From assembly GCA_036258795.1 (NCBI GenBank), contig DATACZ010000026.1, positions 12,552-76,551 of the forward strand: a stretch of 64,000 nucleotides of DNA, given 5' to 3'. The notes beneath the pieces are model-generated. The model had not been told where the DNA came from, ran no database searches, and worked only from the letters and a program-made list of their open reading frames with translations. Source of the stretch: Actinomycetota bacterium (GTDB lineage Bacteria > Actinomycetota > CADDZG01 > JAHWKV01). The translations under genes and the position numbers were made by a program. Shown piece by piece: positions 50,399 through 59,157 of the stretch; within the stretch, counting starts at the first letter, position 1; every line of letters begins with the position of its first letter.

Positions 50399-51117
50399 CT
50401 ACCGAACGTCCCATGGTCCATTGGCCATAACGTCAATCCAACCTTTGACGCGATGAAGGAGGTCGGCGCTGCGCGTTACTCGAATGGAGCAGGTGCCGTG
50501 GTAAAGCACGTTCTTCCTGTGCCCAGTGCCCTCAGTCTTTACATAGGTCTTTCGAAACTGATTTAGCGGTATGCCGGTAACCGTGGACCAATAGCTTTTA
50601 ATTTCGGCCTCTGACAATCCATCGTGGATATTGAGCGACATCCGGAATCTGTCGCTGGTGAGCTGCAGATACGACGAGGACCATGCAAGAAACACCAAGA
50701 CGAGTCCAGGGTCCGAATCGTGAATTGCAGCCGGTTGAGCCGCTTTGCTCCCTCTGCCCAGTAGGCCACCACGCCTGCCACCCAAAATGGGTCAGACAGC
50801 AGCGAAAAGGCCTCCGATCGAGCCGCAGCTCGTATGGCTTCTACGCGGCGCAGGTTGCGGTTGTGAAGAGTAAGCCCAGCCTGAAGCCGACTAGCTTTGG
50901 CGTTGTTCAGTGCCCGCAGCCTGGCCTCTTGTTCGGGGCTCAACCGAATGTCACGGCACCAAGCCGAGAGCGTTCCCCTGGAGACCGGGATGATCTGGCC
51001 AATTTCTCGATAGGACAAGCCCAGCCTTCGCAGGGACTCGGCGAGCTCCCGCCGCTCCCATCGCTTCAGGACCGGCCACAAGGGTGCCTGGGTGAGGAGC
51101 TGTGGCGGAACCTCCAT
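50399..51117 (-). pseudogene. HTH-domain protein (IS630/homeodomain-like winged HTH at the N-terminus) disrupted by a frameshift, located between tRNA-Lys and tRNA-His
   Basis: ORF 50563..51117 ('GLSYREIGQIIPVSRGTLSAWCRDIR') and ORF 50399..50785 ('...YHGTCSIRVTRS...') are on the same strand in different frames and overlap. Confidence 0.45.
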
Positions 51118-51187
51118 GAAAGGAATTGTGGGGCGTGTAGGTGACAGATTTAGGTTTAAGGGTCCGCACGTGCAGATCCAGAGCTAG

Positions 51188-51261
51188 GGTGACCGACGGG
51201 ATTTGAACCCGCGACATCCTGGACCACAACCAGGTGCTCTACCAGCTGAGCTACGGCCACC
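51188..51261 (-). tRNA. tRNA-His (anticodon GTG) with an encoded G-1
   Basis: Reverse complement G-GTGGCCGTAGCTCAGCTGGTAGAGCACCTGGTTGTGGTCCAGGATGTCGCGGGTTCAAATCCCGTCGGTCACC. The extra 5' G and the C73 discriminator are diagnostic of tRNA-His. Confidence 0.85.
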
Positions 51262-51361
51262 ATGGGGCGCTAGGGCGCCATGGAGATGGTAGCACCGACT
51301 CTTGGCGTTAAATGGAGTCCCGGGGCGCGGCTGGTGAAGGTCGGATAGCCTTGCCAAGGTC

Positions 51362-52555
51362 ATGCGGAGCTCTGCCGACGTGATCGTCGTGGGCGGCGGA
51401 ATACTGGGATGTTCGGTCGCCGCGGAGCTAGCCGAGATGGGCGCCGACGTGGTCTTGGTGGAGAGAGCCGAGATCGCTCACGGCGCATCAGGGCGCAACC
51501 ATGGTCTTATCTTCTACCCGCTGAATCCCATCACCGACGCCCTTTACAGGACTTCTCTCGAGATGTATCGCCAGGTTGCGTCATCGCCGGACCTGGACAT
51601 CGAGCTCGACGAGAAGCCGGTGGGCTTTCTAATCCTCGTAGCGCGGGAGGACGAGTGGCCTGTGGCCTTGGCAGAGGCGTCCGCTTGCCAGGTAGGCGGA
51701 AAGGAGGTCCGCCGGGTGGACCGAGGGGAGCTTCATGTCCTGGAGCCCAACCTTTCAGACACGTTCGACGGCGCTTATCTGGTCGAAGACGGGTACCGAG
51801 TCGATCCCCAAGCGCTGACGCTGGCCTTTTCCCTCCTCGCCCAGGCCGATGGAGCCGACGTCGAGACCCATACGGAAGCGAAGCGAGTGATTGTTCGTGG
51901 TGACCGTGTTGAGGGGGTAGCGACCGACCGTGGCCTGATCCATTCGAGGATCGTGGTACTCGCCACCGGGCCCTGGGCCCCAAAGCTTGCTAGGACCGCG
52001 GGAGTCGACCTGGATATTTCCGGAGCCAGAGGCTGGCTGGTGCTAACAAGACCGGCTCCACCCCTGTGCCGCCATGTTCTAGTATCGGCCGGTTGGCACC
52101 TCGTCACGGGAGTCGAGGGACCGGCCGAAATCACGCTGGGGGCGTATGCGAGGGGAGATGCCCCGGTTCCCTCAGACGTCGGCCTTCTTATTCAGCAGAA
52201 CGCTTCAGGGCATGTGCTGTTGGGGGGGTCGCGCTCCGTATCCGTAAGGCAGGACCCTGAGGGCCCAGAGGTAACGAGGGAGATAGCCAGGCGTGCCGTG
52301 GCCGCTCTACCGGCCCTGGGCCCTATTCCCATAACCGAGGTTCGGTCGGGGGTAAGGCCGATGAGTCCCGATGGGTCTCCATTCATCGGGTGGGTGCCGG
52401 GCGTGGAAGGGCTCTTTGTGGTCGGAGGGCATGGTGGGCAAGGGATCATGCTTGGCGGAGGCAGCGCGAGGCTGGCGGCCCAGATGATCCGAGGAAGGAC
52501 GCCTTTTACGGATCCATCCCTTTTTGCCCTCGACCGGCTTAGTCCTGGACGATGA
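51362..52555 (+). CDS. FAD-dependent oxidoreductase, DAO family (glycine/sarcosine oxidase-like)
   Basis: 'DVIVVGGGILGCSVAAELAEMGADVVLVE' dinucleotide-binding motif and a C-terminal 'GHGGQGIM'. Confidence 0.8.
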   Translation: MRSSADVIVVGGGILGCSVAAELAEMGADVVLVERAEIAHGASGRNHGLIFYPLNPITDALYRTSLEMYRQVASSPDLDIELDEKPVGFLILVAREDEWPVALAEASACQVGGKEVRRVDRGELHVLEPNLSDTFDGAYLVEDGYRVDPQALTLAFSLLAQADGADVETHTEAKRVIVRGDRVEGVATDRGLIHSRIVVLATGPWAPKLARTAGVDLDISGARGWLVLTRPAPPLCRHVLVSAGWHLVTGVEGPAEITLGAYARGDAPVPSDVGLLIQQNASGHVLLGGSRSVSVRQDPEGPEVTREIARRAVAALPALGPIPITEVRSGVRPMSPDGSPFIGWVPGVEGLFVVGGHGGQGIMLGGGSARLAAQMIRGRTPFTDPSLFALDRLSPGR

Positions 52556-52579
52556 AGCCTGCCGGCCGGGAGGCCCGGC

Positions 52580-54010
52580 TCAGGATTCGGTCGGATTCCT
52601 CTCCAGGAGCACGCTCATGCCGTCGGAAAGCTGAGACATCCGGCCCAGAAATAGGCTTCCCTTGGCGAGCATATGCACTCTTTGGGCGTCTCCGGTGGTG
52701 AGACGGCGCAGAGCGTGCGGAAGATAACAGATCGCCGAGGCGAGGTGACCCTGCGTGGGGGCGAAGCCAGGCATTCCTCTCTCGGCCACAAACTCGTCGA
52801 TCTGGTCCTTTGACATCTCGCCCTTGCGGGCCGCCAGGCTTGCAATCATCCGGTAGTTGCGTTCGGGAACGTTGCCCGAGCCCTGTGGCTCGGTAACCTC
52901 GGGATCGTGCAGCTCGGTGGCGTAGTCGTCCACTTCCAGCATTGAAATGCCGGTGCGCTCCAAGGGCTCGACGGCCAGCGCCTGCATGATCTGGGGGTTG
53001 GAGCCTCCCATCGCAACCCGGTGCCGGCCAACGGTATCCAGCCGAAGGAGCGGTGAGGCCCCGTCGTCGGCCTCGATGAGAAGAGCGACCCCGCCCATTA
53101 CGTCCTCTAAAACCGGAAGGTCGTTGCGAAGATGCCCCTGGAACTTCATTCCCAGCTTTGGAAGGGAGCCGCCGGCAGCGACGGCCACCCTCTTGAAGAC
53201 TCCCGAGTTGACCAACGCACCGGCGAACACCATGGCCGGTAGGGGAGCCGCGCAGAAGTTCTTGATGTCGGCCCCAGAGGACTGTGTCAGGCCGGCTAGG
53301 GATGCCATAGCCTTGGCCATGTTCCCCCCGCCCCGTTGATAACGGTCGCCCACTGCTTCTTCCCCGCAGGTAAGTACGAAGTCGATCGACTCCGGATCGA
53401 TGTCGTGATCTTCGATCAGGTGCAGCAGGGCGAGTACTCCGGTTGCCTTGCAGGCAAGGTTCTCGAGCAGGATGTTTGCGGTAAGTGACTCGTCTTCGGA
53501 GTGAGCGGTCTTGACGGCGCCGGCAACCTCCTCGCCCAGGTACAGGGGCAAGCCCCCGGTCTCGGCTCCCGCGGCCTCGGCATCCTCTGCAACGTTTTCC
53601 AGGCGCTCTAGGTTGAACTTCTTGGATAGAGGGTGCTTCGCCAGCGCCTCTGCCGCCCGTTCGGCTACCGGCCCGTCCAGGACGATCAAGCTGAACTCGT
53701 CGACTGCGGCCATCAGCCCTAGAAACTCCTCCTCCGGCATCGCCTCGCCATCCGGCGTGAAGCGTGAGCTGCCTGGGACGGTCTTGCCGACCCTGGGACG
53801 CTCGGGCATCTCGCGGGGATGGATAGCACCCAGATATGCCTGATTGGGGGGATAACCCATGGCTTCATCGAAGCTCCGAAGGCTCGAGAGGAACTTGGAC
53901 TTCTGATCCGGGTTTTTGGGCAGCTCCCGCGACGGCTTGGACCCGTACCGGGCCAGGTTCGGCGTGTGGGCAAGGATATGGCTTGCTGCAGATACGACGG
54001 GTTTGGTCAC
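52580..54010 (-). CDS. Glycine/sarcosine/betaine reductase complex protein C-like (GrdC-like, thiolase-fold with 'NFCAA' Cys)
   Basis: N-terminus 'MTKPVVSAASHILAHTPNLARYGS' resembles GrdC (from memory). Starts 11 nt downstream of grdB. Confidence 0.6.
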   Translation of the reverse strand: MTKPVVSAASHILAHTPNLARYGSKPSRELPKNPDQKSKFLSSLRSFDEAMGYPPNQAYLGAIHPREMPERPRVGKTVPGSSRFTPDGEAMPEEEFLGLMAAVDEFSLIVLDGPVAERAAEALAKHPLSKKFNLERLENVAEDAEAAGAETGGLPLYLGEEVAGAVKTAHSEDESLTANILLENLACKATGVLALLHLIEDHDIDPESIDFVLTCGEEAVGDRYQRGGGNMAKAMASLAGLTQSSGADIKNFCAAPLPAMVFAGALVNSGVFKRVAVAAGGSLPKLGMKFQGHLRNDLPVLEDVMGGVALLIEADDGASPLLRLDTVGRHRVAMGGSNPQIMQALAVEPLERTGISMLEVDDYATELHDPEVTEPQGSGNVPERNYRMIASLAARKGEMSKDQIDEFVAERGMPGFAPTQGHLASAICYLPHALRRLTTGDAQRVHMLAKGSLFLGRMSQLSDGMSVLLERNPTES

Positions 54011-54023
54011 ACCAATTCCTTTC

Positions 54024-55316
54024 CTATTCGGTCGATGCCGGTTCGAACACCGTGGGCTTTTCGACTTCGGTGGAGATGGCCGTTAGTGCGGTCTCCAGCA
54101 ATTGCCGGCGCCACTCCTTTTCCTGATCCGGAGCGAGGCTGGGATCCCCTGCAGGGTATGGGATGCCCCTCGTCGGAACGATGCGGGGCGCGCCGACCCT
54201 GCTTGCGATCGGCACGAGGTTGCACAGGAGGGCGGTCGGAATGCCGGCCCTCTCCAGCTCTTTGGCAAGCGTTGACCCGCAACGCGTACCCGTCCCTCAG
54301 GTCGAGGTGAGGATGGCGGCCTGAACGCCGGCCTTGCGAAGCTCCTCGGCCCACTCGACCCCGTAGCCGGAGGCTGAGTCGATGGGCATGCCGTTTCCGA
54401 CCGTGACCAGATACTCGGAGTGCAACTGACCAATACGGCCCTCTTTCTCCATCTCCCGGGCCACGTCCAGGGGAAGAATCCGGTTCGGGTCCTCGTTGGC
54501 TTTTACGGTCGAGAACCCGCCGTGAATCGATTGAAATTCGCCCGCCGGCATGCTTTCCCTTTCCTCTAACGGGTACCGCAGCCACCGGGTGGCCCGGGAG
54601 GACTCCAGCCGGCCTGGATTTCCGTTGGGAACAAGCCCTCCTTCAGTTAGGAGGGCGATCAGGGCGTCCGCGGGATCGGACACCGGCGGAGCCGGCTCTA
54701 CGGTGCCGAAGTCGGGAAGTGGGATCTCGGTTGCGCTGCTGTCGCCGCCAAGGCGCTTCAGCGCCAGTGCAACCGCCCTCGTGGCGGCGTTGTCCTCAGC
54801 CATGCGATTTCGACGTGGACCCTTTCCCTTGATGGCATTGGGAATCTCTTCTCCGGCGGCTAGCTTGGCGACCGCGTCGGCGATTGCCTCCAGGGCGTCG
54901 CCCATCTCCCTGGCGGTCTCGCCGGTTGGAACGACCGGTGCTGAGCCTGCCTCCGCTACCCCAGGGTTGTCTGGGTGCATGGCCGCGAGGGTCTTGAGCC
55001 CTGCCTCGAAGGCGGCCGCGGCCACTCGCCCGCAAGCAATGCCGTTGCGCCCGCTGGTGAAGGCCGGACCGGCAATCAGAATCTCGGCATCCGTTCCCTT
55101 TACCAGCTCCAAGATCTCCTCAGCGGCGCCGTCCTTTGACGCTGCGTAGTCGTCGCCGCAGGACACCGTGGCTATGATCTGGTGCTGGTCCCCGAGAAGC
55201 GAAGCAAGCTTGCGGCCGGGGCCCAGCGGCTCTTCCTTGAGCTCGGGACCCGCGTTCGCGGAGTCCTCTCCGCCTATGCCGGCGAAGAACTGGTTGATGT
55301 AGTGGACGATCTTCAA
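54024..55316 (-). CDS. grdB: Glycine-reductase-family selenoprotein B (GrdB), with selenocysteine encoded by in-frame TGA at 54297..54299
   Basis: The table ORF 54297..55316 ('MKIVHYINQFFAGIGGED...AAILTST*') stops at TGA. The same frame continues 'U-GTGTRCGSTLAKELERAGIP...IPYPAGDP...TEVEKPTVFE*' (table ORF 54024..54215). This matches the GrdB 'VILTSTUGTCTRCGATMVKEIERVGIP...TVFE' architecture. Confidence 0.85.
54260..54296 (-). promoter_or_regulatory. Putative SECIS hairpin 3' of the grdB UGA (GCGUUG-CGGGU-CAACGC)
   Basis: A 6-bp stem with a G-rich 5-nt loop begins ~13 nt downstream of the UGA on the mRNA. Confidence 0.45.
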
Positions 55317-56590
55317 CTCGCGGCTTCCTCCCAGCAGGTCAAGCGCCCCCAGCCCAGTGGGTTGAGTGATCCGTATACCGCTGCCGTCTGGAGGCTCAGC
55401 TCAGCAGTCGAGGGGTCATCGGTAAGGTCAAGGATCTCACCTCCGAGCGCGCGCTCTACGGCATCGAGCTTGATGATCTCATCGTAATTCCCGGCGCTAA
55501 CCAAAGCAGAGCCCTTAGTTGGTGGAGATACGAGGGGGGGACCGGATCCGTCCGGACCTGCCATCTCACCGTGGATTGAAACAGCCTTGATGCCCATGGC
55601 CTCGCAGGCGTCGGCCTTTAAAGAATTGTCGGAGTCGGCGTTGCCGCCCCCCTCCTTGGTCAGGATGACCGCATCCAGACCGAGGCTGGCGCACAGGCGG
55701 GCGGCATGCTCGGATATCAGCTCCTTGTGAGCCTGTTCCACGGGCTCGGGGGAGAGGATCAGGCCGGCAAAGTCCAGGTCTTGCCCATCCCGTGCTCGAA
55801 GAGCGGCCACCACAGGGTGGTTCTGGTAAAGGTAAGTGTTGTTCTTGAGCCCCGGGTGTCCGTACTGACCGCTCACCACCGCCCCATCTTCCAGCTCACT
55901 TGGATCCATGAGGGTGGGCAGAGAATCCGACATGGAACGGCCGTATACAAAGACGTCCTTGAATGTTCCCTGAGTCTGAAGGTTCGTGATGGTTCCGATC
56001 CGGGGACGGTCGCCGGGAGCAGGGGTAGTAGTGGGCGCGACTTCTCGCTCTTCATCGGGTTCAGACTCGAGGGCAGCCTCGGCCAGGCGGGCGGCGAGCT
56101 TGAGGATTCCGCGGCGAAGGGCCAGGTCGACGTCCTCCCAGGCGGCTCCCTCTGCGGGCTCGAACTCGACCACCAGATTATGGGTGCTGCCAAAGGGTGA
56201 CAGCTCCGCGGCCGGGCCCGACATTTGAATCAACCCTTCCTGGAGCCTGGGCAGGTATCCGGCAGAGATCACCGCGGCTCCCCTTAAGACGTGGGTCTCT
56301 CCCCGTCCCTGCGGCATGGCCTTGCCGAGGAAGCCGGGGAAGATTCCAGCACCTTCAGGGCCCTTGGTACGCGGCTGTACCGCGTCGAGAACCTTGATCA
56401 CTCGGGCACTCTCCCCGGGTGAGATCCAGGACACGTTGGTCGACGCCAGCGCGCGGCTGGAAAGGCATGCCTTCGCCTCATCGGCAGAGACCGTGAGCCT
56501 TCCGCCCTCAAAGGTCGTGGAATCGCCAAAGCCCACCGACTCGACGTCGTGGCAAAGCAGTTTGAGAGGGCCTACTTCCTTATCTGTCAT
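55313..56590 (-). CDS. grdE: Glycine-reductase-family proprotein GrdE-like (protein B alpha/beta precursor)
   Basis: 'RVIKVLDAVQPRTKGPEGAGIFPGFLG...THVLRGAAVISAGYLPRLQEGLIQMSGPAAELSPF' parallels GrdE 'RIAPVKDVIEPRVKVEGSGAMFPGM...THALVGSTVL...GFQEGVIDMSGPIAKY'. The stop overlaps the grdB start. Confidence 0.75.
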   Translation of the reverse strand: MTDKEVGPLKLLCHDVESVGFGDSTTFEGGRLTVSADEAKACLSSRALASTNVSWISPGESARVIKVLDAVQPRTKGPEGAGIFPGFLGKAMPQGRGETHVLRGAAVISAGYLPRLQEGLIQMSGPAAELSPFGSTHNLVVEFEPAEGAAWEDVDLALRRGILKLAARLAEAALESEPDEEREVAPTTTPAPGDRPRIGTITNLQTQGTFKDVFVYGRSMSDSLPTLMDPSELEDGAVVSGQYGHPGLKNNTYLYQNHPVVAALRARDGQDLDFAGLILSPEPVEQAHKELISEHAARLCASLGLDAVILTKEGGGNADSDNSLKADACEAMGIKAVSIHGEMAGPDGSGPPLVSPPTKGSALVSAGNYDEIIKLDAVERALGGEILDLTDDPSTAELSLQTAAVYGSLNPLGWGRLTCWEEAAS

Positions 56591-56736
56591 GGGCGGTTAC
56601 CTAGCTTTGAGATACCCACGTTTTGGCCAGCACATTCACCGACGATCCTTCTGTACCCAGGAGCATGCAAACTCCCAGCCGATCAAGGAACCGTTCGCCC
56701 TCTCGAATCGCTGTGGGCGAGCGAAGCCGGCCGGCG

Positions 56737-58161
56737 CTAGCTGAAGTGACGCCTCAGCACCGTCCGGGCTGCGTGAAAACCGCACATCCCGTGCACGCCC
56801 GCTCCCGGCCGTGTGGACGATGAGCAAATGTAGATTCCTTCGGCGGGGGTTCGATAGGGGTTCAACCTCGGCGCCGGCCTGGCGAAAAGCTGACGCAGGT
56901 CCTGCAACCCACCAACGATGTCTCCCCCCACACAATTTGCATTGTGCCGTTCCAGCTCTGCAGGGCCCATGGCACTACGGGCGAGCACGAGGTCTTTAAA
57001 GCCGGGAGCGTAACGCTCGATCTGCCGCTCGATGGCATAGGTCATGTCAACGTCGGACCCATTTGGAACGTGGCAGTATCCCCAGAGAGTCTGCTTGCCT
57101 TTAGGAGCCCTCGAGTCGTCGAACAAACTCTGCTGAGCCACGATCACATAAGGCCTCTGCGGGTGGACGCCCTTGAAGACCCACTCCTCGGCTTCGGCGA
57201 TTTCGTTCAGGCTTCCCCCCAGGTGGACCGTTCCTGCGAGAGCGCAGAGTTCCGACTTCCACGGAACCGGCCCGTCCAGAGCCCAGTCGACCTTGAAGAC
57301 GCCAGGGCCGTGCCGGTAGTTCTCCAGGGTTCGAACATATCTGTCAGGTAGCTGGCCCCCTGCAAGGCGAATGACCTGCCGCGGATTAACGTTCAAAAGA
57401 GCGACCCTGTGCTGGGGAAGCTGACCCAGAGACTCCACCCGCTCCCCGGCGAGTATGTGACCGCCCAGTGTCTGGAAGTAAGAGACAAGGGCATCGGCAA
57501 TTTTTTGGGACCCTCCTCTCGCCAACGGCCATCCCACTGCATGCCCAAGAAACCCCAGTAGAAGGCCGAAGCCGCCGGTCGGGCTCTGGTCGAGGGGAAG
57601 AATGGAATGAGCTGCCAGACCTGCCACGAGGGCTCGAGCCGGCTCGCCGGTAAACATGGCTCTGGCAAGACCGGTGGCCGACCTGATGCCGGCAAGCGCA
57701 AAGCGGGCCATTAGCAGAGGGTGACGGGGAGGACGGAGCGGCCCGAGTACTTGATCGATTATTTGGCTCCATCCCCGAACCAGCGGAGTCATGAGAGACG
57801 AGTAGGCCCACGAGTCGTAGGCGAGTCCAGCCGCGGTCACATCCACAGATCTTCTGAGCACCACGGCGCCGCCTTCATCGAGCGGATGAGCCACAGGGAT
57901 CGGAGGCTGTACCAGCTGGAGGCCGTGCTCCTCGAGGGGCAGTGCTCGAAAAACAGGCGAGCACAGGGCCATTGGATGGATAGCCGAACAGACGTCGTGG
58001 ACGAATCCCGGAAGGGTAAGCTCCGCCGAGCGCATCCCTCCTCCGAGGTCCGGCTCCGCTTCCACCAGAAGTACCGAGACGCCCGCCTGCGCCAGCGTGA
58101 CGGCCGCCACAAGGCCATTGGGCCCTGCGCCCACCACCACGGCATCGTAGCTATCAGTCAT
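56737..58161 (-). CDS. FAD/NAD(P)-binding oxidoreductase, phytoene-desaturase (CrtI)-like family
   Basis: 'YDAVVVGAGPNGLVAAVTLAQAGVSVLLVEA' Rossmann motif. 474 aa. Confidence 0.75.
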   Translation of the reverse strand: MTDSYDAVVVGAGPNGLVAAVTLAQAGVSVLLVEAEPDLGGGMRSAELTLPGFVHDVCSAIHPMALCSPVFRALPLEEHGLQLVQPPIPVAHPLDEGGAVVLRRSVDVTAAGLAYDSWAYSSLMTPLVRGWSQIIDQVLGPLRPPRHPLLMARFALAGIRSATGLARAMFTGEPARALVAGLAAHSILPLDQSPTGGFGLLLGFLGHAVGWPLARGGSQKIADALVSYFQTLGGHILAGERVESLGQLPQHRVALLNVNPRQVIRLAGGQLPDRYVRTLENYRHGPGVFKVDWALDGPVPWKSELCALAGTVHLGGSLNEIAEAEEWVFKGVHPQRPYVIVAQQSLFDDSRAPKGKQTLWGYCHVPNGSDVDMTYAIERQIERYAPGFKDLVLARSAMGPAELERHNANCVGGDIVGGLQDLRQLFARPAPRLNPYRTPAEGIYICSSSTRPGAGVHGMCGFHAARTVLRRHFS

Positions 58162-58257
58162 GTATCGCCGACTAGCCTAGGCCCTTAACCAGAGCAGATA
58201 ACAGCATCGGCGTCTCACCTGAGGCACACTAAATGGCCAGCGAAATGCGGGAGAGGA

Positions 58258-59148
58258 ATGGTCAAGGCCTACAAGGTTGGATTTCAGGGTGAGGCAGGCG
58301 CCTACAGCGAGAAGGCCGCCAAGCTTCTCTTTCCACATGCTTCCTTCATGCCGTTCAGGTCGTTCCACAAGGTGTTCGAGGCCACCGAGATCGGGGCGAC
58401 CGACTTTGGGGTTGTGCCCATCGAGAACTCTCATGCCGGGTCGATAAACGACACCTACGATTTGCTGGTCCGACACGGGGTGCAAATCGTTGCAGAGACC
58501 ATAGTGCGCATCTCCCACTGTCTGCTGGCTGCCGACGGCACCTCCATGGCGGACGTAAAGCTCGTCTACTCTCACCCACAGGCGCTGGAACAGTGCGAGG
58601 AGTTCCTGGACGCCATCCGGGCGGAGAGAATGGCGGTTTACGACACTGCGGGGGCGGCTCGGCTGGTGGCTGACGAGAAAAAGCCAGGCACCGCGGCTAT
58701 TGCCTCGGAGGAGGCCGCCGCTCTCTACGGCCTTCAAGTCCTGGCCCAGGACATTGAGGATCGAGCAGACAACTCGACCAAGTTTGTAGCGATAAGCCGG
58801 AGCGCCACGGACCTGATGGGGCCGCCCGAGAAGACGTCGATAGTCTTTGCCACCGGGAACGTGCCCGGCGCCCTCTATGCCTGTTTGAGAGAATTTTCTG
58901 AGCGCCAGCTAAACCTTACGAAGCTGGAGAGCCGTCCCTCGCGGGCACGGGCCTGGCAGTATCACTTTTACCTGGATTTCGATGCGCCGACGAGTGACCC
59001 GGCGGCTCAAGATGTCCTCGCCGCGCTTGCGGCTCAGACCTCTTTTCTCAGGGTCCTCGGCTCTTACCCGCACGCAGTCACTACGGATTCCAAGAAGCCG
59101 GTACAGAGCCGGGGAGCGCCCTTTTACGGTGGCTCGAAGGGTCTCTAG
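58258..59148 (+). CDS. pheA: Prephenate dehydratase
   Basis: PDT domain 'VGFQGEAGAYSE...VPIENSHAGSI' and a C-terminal ACT domain with the ESRP motif 'TKLESRPS'. Confidence 0.9.
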   Translation: MVKAYKVGFQGEAGAYSEKAAKLLFPHASFMPFRSFHKVFEATEIGATDFGVVPIENSHAGSINDTYDLLVRHGVQIVAETIVRISHCLLAADGTSMADVKLVYSHPQALEQCEEFLDAIRAERMAVYDTAGAARLVADEKKPGTAAIASEEAAALYGLQVLAQDIEDRADNSTKFVAISRSATDLMGPPEKTSIVFATGNVPGALYACLREFSERQLNLTKLESRPSRARAWQYHFYLDFDAPTSDPAAQDVLAALAAQTSFLRVLGSYPHAVTTDSKKPVQSRGAPFYGGSKGL

Positions 59149-59157
59149 CGTCTAGCT

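Noticed and set aside
56591-56736. Possible glycine riboswitch in the grdE leader (minus strand)
   Set aside because: The leader contains GAGAG/CTGGGAG-like fragments but not the conserved tandem-aptamer core (GGAGAG...CACCGAAGGGGCAA...CUCUCAGGCAAAAGGAC). It is also too short (146 nt) for a tandem glycine aptamer.
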